64,000 bases of DNA from Octopus vulgaris (taxonomy: Eukaryota). Below, one piece after another: positions 38,011 through 51,129 of the stretch. Within the stretch, counting starts at the first letter, position 1; each line of letters opens with the position of its first letter. The translations under genes and the position numbers were made by a program. The stretch is taken from the NCBI GenBank assembly GCA_951406725.2, contig OX597815.1, forward strand, positions 118,358,001 to 118,422,000, read 5' to 3'. The notes beneath the pieces were generated by a model. It was not told the DNA's origin, searched no databases, and worked only from the letters and a program-made list of their open reading frames with translations.

Positions 38011-41000
38011 CAACTGCAGTTTCCATTGATTTTTGATGTTGGTGTCCTTGACTCAATGGATCTTGTATAAATCACAATTTGTAAAAAGCAAATTTTCTAT
38101 GTCAAGAAGGCCTCCTTGCTGCCAATTCTCACCTATTTCCAAGCAAAGTAATATTTCTCCACAGCCTGACAGGTTTTCATAAAAAAATGGTATGAAGGGC
38201 ACCACTTGTATGATAGTGAAGATCATTTACAAAAGCGAGCATATACATGTGTGTGTATACACACACATACATCTGTATGTATGCATGTGCACACACACTG
38301 TGGGCCTCTTTTTTCTTTTTTAGTTTCCACCTACCAAATTAAGATTTTGGTTGACATGGGGCTGTAGTAGAAGACACTTAGCTGCAATGCAGTGGAACAG
38401 TACTTGAAACCATGTGGTGGGAAGTGAGTAACCTTCTTAACCATATGCCTGTGTCAGTTATTAACCTCATATATACATTTTACTTTATCCTGCAATACAC
38501 CTTCTTTCATTCTGTCCAACATTTATTCAACATAATCACTAGAGCAAAGACTACAGGCTGCACCCATTTAACCAGGCTAAAAATAAGCAGCTCAGCTATT
38601 TCAATATAACTCAAATTATTAGCTGGAATGTACGCTCTAAACTATGGAAAATATATAGCAGTACACAACAAATATGTGAGAGAAAATGTAGCTGCACTGC
38701 ATCTCCTAATTTTTGTTTAGTAATCCTTCTGCTGAATTAGTGGAAATAAAAGTCAACGATTTTACTATTAAAACCTAAGTTCTGGACATTACTGGAAGAA
38801 AAAAAAATATTTTTAAGTTTGACAAATTGAAGTTACTTTGGGGGTCATTTGATCAACTAAATCACTTTGTAAAGAGTAACAAAATAAATTTAAACTGTGC
38901 ATTAACCATTTTGTGATCATATTTCTAATGAAATACTCTGCTTATACATTTCAAATTATTAAAAATATTCAAGAATTTGGAGGGGATAGCTTAACCCATT
39001 AGCATTCACATTATTAAATGTAATGCTTATCTATTCACAACTCCTGGTCCATTGTCATTTCCTCAGTGAAGCCCAGCATCTGAAGATTCTTTCTCACCAC
39101 TTCATCCCATATCTTCTTGGGTCTACCTACCTCTACTATAGGTTCCCTCCACAATTAGAGAGCTAACTAGTAAATTATTTGGGCCAGATGCAGCCAAGTT
39201 AAATGCTAATAGGTTCTCAGTTGGCACTTATTAAATAGTCATAAAAATAAGGCAGTTACATAAATAATTGCCAAAATGTGCTTTGTGGTTAAATACATTT
39301 TCAGTAATTACTAACCATACCAACACTGAAATGGAACTTTAGATCCACTGGCAGGATTTGAACTTGCGACCTTGAGGTCAGTAGTCTAGCATATTAATAA
39401 CTTGGCTTCCACAAGATTTTTTAAAGCTGTTTATTAAGTTTTCTGCAAGAAAGCCACTTTCTTGGCAAACAAACAAAATAATGGGAATAGCTCAGACAAC
39501 AAACTGTCAATTGAAAAAAATGGAACAAAAGACTAAATCTTGATTAGAATTAAGGTACCAGGGTGGGGCAGGGTAATGCGGTCAGCAGACATTCTTAAAT
39601 TCTACTAGGTTAGTCTGGCCTAGCCAGCTTTCAGGAATGGACAATAAAAAAAAAAAATACAACACACACACATGTACAGGTTTTAAGTACAAGTGTAAAA
39701 TATTTAATACTAGTATGTGAATATTTGAAAGCTGATGGACTAAACAATTGCTATTACCATCATTGTTTTCATGTCCATTTTTCCTGCTTGCATGGGTTAG
39801 ATATTTGTTGAGGCAGATTTTCAATAGCTGGATGCTCTTCTTGTCACAAACTAACCTGTTTCACCATCATCATTTTAATGTCGATTTTTCATGCTGGCAT
39901 GGGTTGGATGGTTTGACAGGAGCGTCACCAGGTTCCATAGCCTATTTTGACAGTTTCAACAGTTGGATGCCCTTCTTAATGCCAACGACTTTATAAGAGT
40001 GTACTAAGTGCTTTTGATGTAGCACCAGCAAGTGCTTTTTACATGGCCCCAGCACCAGTTTACAAACATATTTCTCCAAGTCTTTCAAACACAAACAGCA
40101 CAATGGCAGGACATGCTTTCAAGGAAAGCTGCAAATGGATGACACTATTTGTATGATGGTAACAGCAGTTAGTAATTAGCACAATATGTCAAAACAAACA
40201 CACACGATGTGCTTCTGTCAGTTGCTGTCAACCAAATTCACATACAAGTCTAGGGCCAGAGTAGAAAATACTTGCACAATGTGTCGTCATGCAGTAGGAT
40301 TGAACTTGTAACCACATGGTTGCAAAGAGAATTTCTCTACCACAAAGCCATGCCTGCACCTAATCAAGTACATTAATCATATTTTGTCTAACAAAAATAT
40401 ATCAAACAACTTGTTAACTGAAAATGTATCCCATACAAAGCAGTTAATTAGCAGAATTTAGTAACTTGGTTTCATAAGACTCCAGGTGTCCATGAAATAC
40501 AGATTACACATACTTTCACAGATGAAATTTACTCACTAAGCATTTAAAAAAATTAATTAGTTTTGATTGAAACAAAACCCTATTATAGTCAAAACCAGCA
40601 TAATCCTAATAGATTAGTATTAAAAGATTTGCCGATTAACCAAGATAGGATTTAAAAATTCAAACATATACAAAATAAGGAGCAAAACTCAACCATGTCA
40701 CTTAAATTCAAATGCAGAGTTAAAACATGGTGGTTTCCTATGGTTGTGTGGTTAAGATTACTTTGCAACCATGTGATTTAGGTTCAGTCCCAGTGTGACC
40801 CTGTCTTCTTCAATTAGCCAAGGCTGACCAATGCCTTGTGAATGAATTTGGTAAATGGAGGAGACTGTGAAAGCCTGTCATGTATATGTGCATATAGAGA
40901 GAGACCTTCAGAAAAAGTACCAGACTTAAAAAAGAAGAAATAAGTACTGGGGTGAATATGTTCAACTAAACTTTTCAAGGTGGTGCTCCAACATGGCCAT

Positions 41001-44000
41001 ACTCCAATGACTGAAACAAGTAAAAGATAAAAACTACAACCACCAATTTAGTACATCTCACATCCTCTCTGTTATATAGAGTATACAATTTCTCATTAAC
41101 ATCTAATAGGCAGCTGAAAGAAGCATACAATTTGGAGAATTCGCCATAATAAAAAGATCATATGACTCTCTAAAAGGTTAAAAGAGTTTAGCTGTCAGCA
41201 TGTGTTTTTGGACTAAGTTGTGGAAGACCATTTATATTGACAATGCTAGGATGCTAATCATGTTAATCTTTCAAGCCACAAGACTGACTTTTGCTCTTTA
41301 ACCCTTCAACATTCAGATTACTTTATCAAATGTAATGCTTATTTATTCCATGTTGCTTTGGATAAATCCTGCATTATCTCATATCTTTGCAATTTTTATT
41401 TTAACAATGTGATATGTTTTATTTTTTACAATGACATTGTAGTGTAGGTGTAAGAGGCCAGATCTATCCAGTTTTAATGCTAAAGAAGAATTTAAGTTTT
41501 TACTTTCATAACAAAAAAAAAAATGAAAATAGTCTATCTCATAACCCATTCACTTAAATGGGTAGGAGTCAAAAACATCAGCAAAGATAGAGTGCTACCA
41601 TCTGCAACAATTTATAAATCTAAACAAATATCAGTCATCAGCCTTGAAATAAATTTAACCATGAGAAAAAGTTTACTTTTCTTGTAAATAATTCAGTAAA
41701 TAGCACAACTCAATGTGCTGGATGGATTAACATACACATACACACAGACACAGATACATAAAAGGGAAGAAATTAAAACCTTTATTTCTTTCTTTTAAGG
41801 CATAGTTACTGATTTATAGACAGTTAAAAGCTGTTGACACACAAACACACAGACATAGATAGAGCGTAGGCTGAAAGATATGAAATCATAAAGGCCTGTG
41901 GTGACAAACTGGTTTGACAAGAAAACAGTAAACAAGCCCTGAATTAGTAACTATAAAAGTTGATACAGTAGTCAGTGTACAAATATATGAAGATTTTATA
42001 CCTCTACCAACAGACCACTATAGGTGTGTCTAAGAAAAGTAATATCAAAAAAATAAAAAAATAAAAAAAAGCTTTACAACCAGCAAATCTCATAAGTTTT
42101 CATGTTATATAAATGACTAAGAGTTTACAATGAGATATTAATAACAAGCCTATACTGATAGGACTGAATAATAATGTCCAATAAAAGAATAATTCCTTAA
42201 AGAAACACTCAGTAACTCTGGTGGCATGAAGCTGACAATTGATTCTGGACATTATCATCTCTGGGACATAGAATAGGGCAGTGTAGTAGCAGAAAATCAG
42301 GGAAAATATCTTGAGTTTTGAGTTCAGCTTTGTTTTTTCATCCTTTCAGTATCACTAAACATCAACCAAATACAGTGGGTAGAGATAATCAAGAAACCCT
42401 TACCCCTCAAAAAACCCTTACCCTTATACAGCCATGTGCCTGTATAATGCCTAAACAAAGATTTTCATTATCAGCTAAAATGACTAGGGCAGAGGTTGAA
42501 AGGGAACGTTTATATGTTGGAAGTCTGCATTGAAGCTAACTGCTGACAAAGTTGCATTGCAAAGCTAGAATTTCTGAACAGCAGAACTTTATTATTTCTA
42601 TAAAATATAATAAACCATTCATAAAGAAAAATATCAAAATTTAAGAGGGATTTTTAGAATAAGCTATCTGCATTATTAGCTAATTGATTTTGATTTTTAA
42701 TGCAAGACATAGAAGTTTTTATAAAATTTGTAATTAATTGAAAAGATGAATTTAATTGAGATAAAAATGTATTCCAGAATAATGATTTTCCCCTGAAGGT
42801 TTGTTCCGCTTGCAACATAAATGGTTGATGGACAAGTTCAACTACTTCATAGAAGAATAATTTAATGCCCAGAATTAGAAAGAATTAAAGCTGTAAAACC
42901 AAGTGCTCAGCATTCCTGTCTAAATTATCTCACCAATAGAAAAAAAAAAGTGTTCTGCCTGCATAGAATATATACAGCACTTTCTGCATCAGGTTTACAC
43001 ACAATAGCTGTAAATCATCCACATTAGTGATTCTCAACGAGTTTTTGCTTTTGGATCCCCCTTGATGCCCACTTTACTCCACTCAGATCCCTTTTTAGCT
43101 ATTTGACATTGGAAAAATCCCATTATGATTTTATAAATAAATATTATTTGAAAGTATGTATAGAAAATTGTTAAAATAATTTGTGTATTGTAAGAAGTGT
43201 AACCAATTTGTTGCACATCATTCTTAACGTGGACCACTAAGGGTCATGCAGACTCCTGGTTGAGAATCAATGATCAACATAATCAGAAAATCTAGTAAGG
43301 ACACACCATCTAGCCATGAGAGTGGCGTGGTTCACAGCAAGCACCAAACTTACAGACCCTGTTACATTATTCACTCAAATCTACAATCCTCTAAAACACT
43401 ATCTCTCCCAATAAGCTCAGACGAAAAAAGAAATACAAATAACAGCAACCCCAATAGTGTGTCACAAAAAACAGTCAAGTGTTCTGAGGGATCAACCCAT
43501 CTCTAATGTGCTCACCTCCAGAAACAGAATGGACAGTATGGCTCTCACCTAGGAAGAGGCATGGAATGCATGAAACAGGACTAAATGTGTCGCAAGTCAC
43601 CTTATTAACTTAAGTATGTAAAATATAAATCATAAAAGTGGATTATATACATTCAAAAATGCATAAATATATATTTACTATTGAGTAACAAAAGTGGCAA
43701 GTTTTATTGGTTTATTAACTATTTAAATTTCATACTTTATAAAAGCTTAAGACTTTTAGATTCAATCAATACTGCATGCATACTTCTTTACTAAAACTCT
43801 TTATCAAATTAAGAATATTTATCAGTATAGAATACCTCTACATCATTGATCAAATTTCCTTTTTACAGAATTTCTAGAGATCTTCCTATATTTTCCAAAC
43901 TCTTTTTGCTCCCAAATTAACAACTGTGAGCATCTAAGTAGGGAAGAGCAAACAACTTCAGACCAGATAGTGATACCAAGCCCATAGACCATTTTCACCC

Positions 44001-46231
44001 AACCACAATACTGTAGAGTGAGTCATTATTTCCCCTATTTCCAACATAAATTTTTATTCTTCAGCTATACTGAAAACATATAGCTCCATTCACTACAGAA
44101 GTAAAGTAGTCTATGACTGCTCTGAACCATGCGCCTTTGCCCGACTCTCTCTCAACCAGCACATGATAAATTCAAGATGGCACTATTTCTTCCATAACAG
44201 ACAGCAGCCTTAAATTAAACGCCTTTTCTAAAATTATCACAATAACTAATTTTTTCTTCCCAAGTTATCTAAAAACCTTTTCACTTTTCAGCAAATGAAG
44301 TCTTTTCTTATGAGAGTGCAAGAACTTGAAGTTTACTGGATGGCTATACCACCAACAGAAAAACAAAGATTCTAACAGGACACAAAGAACTAAGTTCCAC
44401 ACATTCCGGTCAAAAAGGAACTTCAGAGCTATTTACAATAATACTACTTCAACGTATGATAATCACGTATATTGTTTATAAAATTCTTACTTTCTGGCAT
44501 CGTATTTATATATCTTGCTGGAAAATATGACCTATGTTGTTCTTTGATTGAGAAGTTATATTATCTATAAAGGATATTGAGCTCACAGTTTAAAATGAAA
44601 AGATTATAGTGAAATTTGTACATTGATCCTATTCTAGTGTAAAATAGAATCTAAAACACAAATATTGAAAAGTTAAAATTAAAAAAATGAAAATTTAAAC
44701 TATTAACAAATAAAGTCATATACAAAGTTTACTTTATTCATCACTACTTATTAGTTCCCAATGTACATACATATATTGTTCAAGTGATATAATACTGTTG
44801 TGGTTTTAATAATGATTCTCATTGTTGTTATAGGGTTTCAAATATCTAACACGGATTTGTAACAATCAAGCGCGCGCACACACACACACACACATTATTA
44901 TATATATATATATATATACACACAGACATAAAAGCACAATAAATGTACAATGAACAAAACTCAGCCCTTGAATCGCTAACCTCTGCCGATAAACACTGAA
45001 AAATGCTTTTGTAGTTAAACACACACAGAGGCGTGTGTGTGTTTGTATTTTAAAAACAGCTATACTGCTCTATTTCAGATTACTAATTATAAAGAAGTTA
45101 ATTGCAAAATACATTTTACATATGTGTGAGTATACGTCTATCACCAATAGACATCTAAACGAACAGAGGAATTTGTTAAAAAAAAAAAAGATCAGGAAAC
45201 CTCCTTCAAAACCAAGTTTTGCAGTCGTTAATGTAGGAGACATAGGTTAAACAAAGGCAGGAATGATCACAACTGGAATGCATTTGCAGAATGTGTGACA
45301 GAGGGCTAAACAACTGAACGGTCTCCACATCACCACCCAACACACTACATTCACTAAGCTCTGTCGTCCCAACGAACCAAGCAACTGACCCTATTAAACT
45401 ATTGGAGACTTTGGAGGGATCGGTTTATTTTGCAAGGCCAGATTAATGGAAATAAATAAAATTATATGGCTTGAATGAGGAATAAGAAACATTATAAAGG
45501 CAATTTCAAGAGTGGCTTTTAAATAAAGGCTTAAACAGAAAAAGGCGGTAGATGCAGTCATAACAGAAAAGGGGAAAGAAAGTCAGCCTTAGTGTAGGGA
45601 GCTACAGTTTGCACCAACTGTAAGTCAATGGATAGCCAGTTTCTTACAATAATATTTTAGTTATTCTGTATATTAATTGCTGTCAGTTTGTGATAGTTTT
45701 ATACTATATTATGTCTGGAAAGTTAAGGATATATTTCAAGTGGATTAAAAAAACAAGTCACAAAGCAATCACGTTTTTTCCGGTCCAACTAATTTTTTAA
45801 AAAAGGCAAAATTATATCAAGTAGTTCAAAATTAGGCTACAAGCAATGAACAAAAAAATGTTCATACTTTCTTGCCTCTAGTTATTTTCTTTACAAACTA
45901 TTCTAGAACATACATTAAAAAGTATCTAAAACAGAACATCAAAAGAATATTGTTATATTGTTAAGATTTAGCAGGCAACCTCTGATTTATATATGTAAAC
46001 AATAAGTGTACAGATTAGCGCTATTTCATCTGTCTTTATATTCTAAGTTCAAATTCCGCCGAGGTCGACTTGGCTTTTCATCCTTTTGGAGTCGATAAAT
46101 TAAGTACCAGTTGTGTACTGGTCGATCTAATCGACTGGATCCCTCTCCCAAAATTTCGGGCCTTGTGCTTAGAGTAAAGAATAAGCGTACAGATTACCCA
46201 CATATATTAGTGTATATATATATATATATTA

Positions 46232-46268
<37 letters not shown>

Positions 46269-46938
46269 TATAGTGTCTAGATACGCAAGAAAAGCCGGTG
46301 AGTGGATAAGAACAGTCATTGAGTCAGGGTTTGAACCTACATGGTATTTTGGGCATTATTTCAACATAGGCTTATTTATGAGTGAAAAAAAAATCTGTCA
46401 AACCGACAGGATTAATATTCAAAGCGTCGACCTTTTTTCTGTTACATAATGTATGAAACTCTGCTCGAGGATTACGTGATTAAGGGTAAGAAAAAGTATC
46501 TGTGGAATATTCTGTTGCTTAAAGAGTGTTGATTCAACTGAGAATGTAAATCAGTTGATCACACAAACTAGAATAATCATCGTCGAAAGCGACGGAGATC
46601 TACTTCACACACACACACACACACACACACATTATGAATACAGAACGTGTCCATACAGAGTGATTTTGTAGGGAGAAAGAGATGTATGATAGGCAAGCAG
46701 CAGATAGAAAAGGGAGTTACAGCAAGGAAATATGAAAATTAACAATATACACAAACACCACATGTTCATGGAGGCAAAATAAAGGAAGAGTTCTCTTTCA
46801 CAAGAAAATTACCGGGAAAAGATGAATATTTTAAATTATGGCTATGAATAAATAAATGTTAGAAAAGGCAGCTTCTAATTTGAGCTGTATTGTCAGGCAA
46901 AGAAAGATTTTATCATAAAAATAATTCTAAAAACTTAC

Positions 46939-46955
46939 TCCTCGTCTGAACCCAT
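46939..46955 (-). CDS. Candidate first coding mini-exon of the innexin (ATG GGT TCA GAC GAG GA, giving MGSDEE-IGSILGG; 424 aa product)
   Basis: ATG followed by 14 nt and a perfect GTAAGT donor (46938-46933). Phase 2 matches the single leading G of the exon at 33701. Preceded by ttcttttctAG. No transcript evidence available. Confidence 0.45.
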
Positions 46956-47307
46956 AGCTAGAAAGAATTTTGAGGCACGGCTTGACTGTAAGGTGTTTAA
47001 ATACTGAGGACTGGTTACAATTTAATGGGAAAAACTTTTTACTTCTACCCACATATTATTGTACAGGTTATTTACTTTTCATGTCAAAAATGTGTATTGA
47101 AGCATGACAGGATATCAAATGTTTAGAAAGAGGAATGCCCGAACAATGAAAGAAAATAAAAAGGTATAATGAGTACATAGTTCATGAGAAACAACTTCAT
47201 GATCTGCTCAAAACTGAAGAGTCATTAATTTTAGAGGCGGTCAATGATATAACAACAAAAATAATTTTAACCGATATACAAACAAAAATAATCTTAAATG
47301 AACTTAC

Positions 47308-47870
47308 ATATCTGCTTTTTTAGCGCGGCTTCGGTAATGTGATTTTCCTTAAGTCAGAAATTAAAGGAACAAAAACAGAGGAATAAATAAATAATAATCA
47401 CGTGGAGGTTTATTTAAAAGGGACCAGTAAAGTTCACTTGCGGCAATTAATTGGTTATTTTAGGTGAGGGGCTGACAATAATCACAAAATTGTCGAGTTA
47501 TCAAGTTTTAAAAATAAGGGAGGTGTTTAGAGTGATTTGTGTTGTTTTTTTATCTTGCTGAACGAAATTGGGATTAATAAATTATTAAAATGTTATATTG
47601 TCTATATTAACACCAATGTTGTTTTAGTACACGAGGTCCTGTAAAATTTTAAGTGCAGGCGAAAAATATCTATTAGCTGCCTGAGAGTAGTAACTCCATA
47701 CTGATCGTGTCAAGTGAATGGTTAGAAAGAGGATTAACAACACTTAAATGTGGAGAAGGAGACATTGAAACATTCAGATGACAATCGGGCCAATGGCAGA
47801 GCAGCGTGTGTATGTGTGTGCGGAAATAAATCTGGTCGCTGGTACAGGGTAATTGTTTGTGTATGACTGA
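47308..47870 (-). other. Candidate 5' exon of the innexin ending in AT|gtaagt (split start codon AT-G, giving MIGSILGG; 419 aa product)
   Basis: ...gcagatAT then GTAAGT (47307-47302). AT plus the G at 33701 forms an in-frame ATG. The upstream limit is a guess from an Inr-like TCAGT at 47870-47866. Confidence 0.45.
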
Positions 47871-47910
47871 CTGTGACAGAGAGAGAGAGAGAGAGAGAAA
47901 GAGAGAAGAC
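47860..47910 (-). promoter_or_regulatory. Possible innexin core promoter (CT tract followed by Inr-like TCAGT)
   Basis: The minus strand reads (CT)n-gtcacagTCAGTcat. It lies in a repeat-poor, CpG-retaining zone upstream of both candidate first exons. Confidence 0.25.
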
Positions 47911-49400
47911 ATACACACACATAAAATAACAACACTTTCAATAGAGACAAAACGAAGTCTAGCTAATTTTTTTTTCTCTTTTAAAGAATGTCAAAGGTTT
48001 GGTGGTGACGTATTTAGTTATTTGTTCTTATGTATGTGTATATATGAAAACGAAAATACTTTTAATTTTTAAAAAGAAAATTAATGCAAGTATTTTAAGT
48101 TTTAAAATAGTTGTTTTTAAACAAGACTGCAGAAATAAGAGTGGTTTACAGATTAGGATCCGGAGACGACGGCACATGTTAGATTACAAAGAGAGAGAGA
48201 GAGGGGGGGAGTGTGGGCGAGGTGGTCTACTGAAACGCTAAGAGAAGTTATCGTGGTGGTGGGAGGGCTATGTGTAATTTAACTGTATGAATTTTCCTGA
48301 AAGGACTTCATACCAAAGTTTTTTTATCATCTTTTGTTAAAATGCAATATTATATTCTCTTGTATGCAAACACACACATATGGGGAGCGAGCTGATTTTC
48401 ATATGGTTGCTGAATCATGGAAAAAAAAAGTACAAGACGAACGTGTCTCTTTTGTTCTAAGCTTCCAGCAGCAGCATTCTCAAAGACTCTCCAGGAAACT
48501 CAAGGAAGATACCATACATTTAGCTATGGATGTTTCGCATATTTTCATTGTATAGATATACATTCCAATTTCATATTGGGAGGCCGTTTAAATTTACGGA
48601 TTGGAAATGACATTCACAGCGTTTTATTTTTTGCTAGCTTTTTGCATCAACGTTAGAAATATTCTCTCTCTCTCATTCTCTTTCTTCCTGTCTTTCTTTT
48701 TCTCTCTCGCTCTCTATTACTCACCGTCTTTCTCTTATTCTTTATCTATTTTGAATTTTCCCACTCTTTTTCCTCCTAACATTTACGTTAAGATTAAGCA
48801 AAAATGAAGGATTCCAACAGTTGACATTTTGTATTTACACAAATGCTAAAACAAAGTATTCTATATTCTTCTTCGTATTTTGTTTTACATACACCTTCTA
48901 TACACTAATACACATTCTGTTTCGGGACATCTGAACATGTGTTCTTAGTTAATTTTACCATTTCAAAGCCATAGCTAGATTTTCTCACATAATTCCTCAA
49001 TGCAGAATGGAAAGGGGATGTATCTAGTCATTCGAGTTTAATTTGACATTTTTGTTTTGTTCTACGTCTCATTGAAGCCGACAGTATTTATGACACAGAT
49101 TTCGACAGTCTAAACCGAAATAGAATCGCCTCTTGACATATTTTCTAATGAAAATATATGCAAAAATATTTCACTCGTATATTTAATGCAATAACTTAAC
49201 AGGAAACCTAAAAGTTTATTGTCTTATGAATGGAATACTCGGGAAGAAGTCATTGGCGGAAATATTAAGTTTGTTATTCTCGTATGATTCTACAACAAAT
49301 CTTTGGAGACCATGACAGTCAATTGGATTGTTAGTCACTAAATGAATTGTAGGAGAGTATTGTAGTTCGCTTGAAGCATTGTGTATTGTTTGTAAAGAAT

Positions 49401-49650
49401 AAAAAGTTTTGAAAGGTACAACAATGCACTATAATATAGACAATGGGCTATTTACCTGTTGTAATTTAGTCATCCATAGTCTGATATGATATTTCGGAAT
49501 AATATTCCTTCTTCAGATATTCTTAGATGCAGTCGCTGCTATAATCGGTTTTCTAACGCCGTTAGTCGCTGCTATGATCGGTTTTCTATAATATAGACAA
49601 CAGCCCATTGTCTATATTATAGTGCATTGTTGTACCATTGAAAACTTTTT
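49401..49650. mobile_element. Short inverted-repeat element (~49-bp arms) with a hammerhead core in the spacer
   Basis: aaaaagttttgaaaggtacaacaatgcactataatatagacaatgggct (49401-49449) versus agcccattgtctatattatagtgcattgttgtaccattgaaaacttttt (49602-49650). Internal 25-bp direct duplication agtcgctgctat(a/g)atcggttttcta. Confidence 0.8.
49479..49520 (-). ncRNA. Hammerhead ribozyme core, stem I degenerate
   Basis: The minus strand reads CUGAAGA-A-GGAAU-auu-AUUCC-GAAA-UAUCAUA-UC. Stem I has only 2 of 4 pairs (AUAU/AGAC). Confidence 0.5.
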
Positions 49651-49990
49651 TTTTAATGAATTGTACTTATTTTATGCGATCGGGAGTGATAAGACGTAAG
49701 TGGTCCTTTACGAGATTCGATCTCACAACATAACAAAGCTAAATAGTATCTGGTGCAGTATCCTACTATATCTGCCACGCTACGCCGCTCCGGGTGTTGC
49801 CTTAATCATTGTTTTAATATCATCCTTTTCATAGCTCTAATATAAATATGATGCTCACATAAGATGAACAACCAAATTAGTTAATATTTTATAGTAATTG
49901 TTTAGTGAATTCAGTTAAATAATTCGAAGTCATTAAGCAAGTTATAATATGGAGGAAACTTACACAAAAAGTTCAAAACATTGTTGTATC

Positions 49991-50385
49991 TCTTTTACTC
50001 TTTTACTTGTTTCAGTCATTTGACCGTGGTCATGCTTAAGCACAGGCTTTAGTCGAGCAAATTGACCCCAGGACTTATTCTTTGTAAGCCTAGATATTAT
50101 TCTATCGGTTTCTTTTGCCGAACCTCTAAGTCACAGGGACGTAAACTCACCAGCATCGGTTGTCAAGCGACGTTAGTGGGACAAACACAGACACACAAAC
50201 ATATACACACACATACATATATACATATATACCATGGGCTTCTTTCAGTTTCCGTCTACCAAATCCACTCACAAGTCGGCCCGATGCTATAGTAGAAGAC
50301 ACTTGCTCAAGGTGCCACGCAGTGGGACTGGACCCGGAACCATGTGGTTTGTAAGCAAGCTACTTACCACACAGCCACTCCTACG
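49991..50385 (-). mobile_element. SINE family B, full-length copy
   Basis: Colinear with 58730-59106. Other copies at about 3103-4050(+), 4680-5090(+), 21483-21900(+), 23170-23480(-), 34069-34826(-) and 40735-41030(+). Confidence 0.88.
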
Positions 50386-50847
50386 GGGATGGTCATTTTT
50401 TTTTCTCCAAATAACCACACGCACTATATACTCATTCTTTACTTCAGCCTTATTCTTATTGCTGTTTTAGTGTGATGGAGATCCATCGAAGAGGTCACAG
50501 AATGTGTGACGAAAGATTTCAGACAAAGGACACTAAAATAGGAATAAGGTTAAAGCTAAAGTGCAAAACGAGTATGTAATACGTGTGGTTCTATGGCAAA
50601 AAAAAGAAAAGAAAAGAAAAAAACCATCCCCGAATACAACAATATCTGTTTCAACACATGATTTCACATCAGGAATCTTGCAAAACAAAGGCACAAACGT
50701 TCTACAAACACTTTTCTCTTTTATTAATCAGGATCTTTTTCCCTCTTCATTACAAATGTGTCATTACAGCTATTGTGAAGCCGGATCTATTGAACACTTT
50801 TTTTTTTTGAAGGTATTCTTCGTTTAGTGCATAATTGGTTAATGGAC

Positions 50848-50850
<3 letters not shown>

Positions 50851-50887
<37 letters not shown>

Positions 50888-51098
50888 CTCTTTTTCCTTA
50901 TCTCTTTCTTTCTCTCTTTCTTTCTTCGTTCCTTTCTTCCTTCATTTCTTCCTTCCTTTCTTTCTTCCGTTCTTTCTTCCTTTCTTTCTTCCTTTCTTTC
51001 TTCTTTCTTTCTCCCTTTCTTTCTTCCTTTCTTTCTTCCTTTCTTTCTTCTTTCTTTCTTTCTTTCTTTCTTTTTTCTTTCTTTCTTTCTTTCTTTTT

Positions 51099-51129
<31 letters not shown>
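50851..51129. repeat. Polypyrimidine (CT)n/(TTTC)n tract
   Basis: About 280 bp, almost purely pyrimidine on the + strand. Confidence 0.95.

Noticed and set aside
44485-44500. ATGCCAGAAA|gtaag as an innexin first exon
   Set aside because: Phase 1, incompatible with exon 2. The phase-2 frame has an upstream stop and no ATG.
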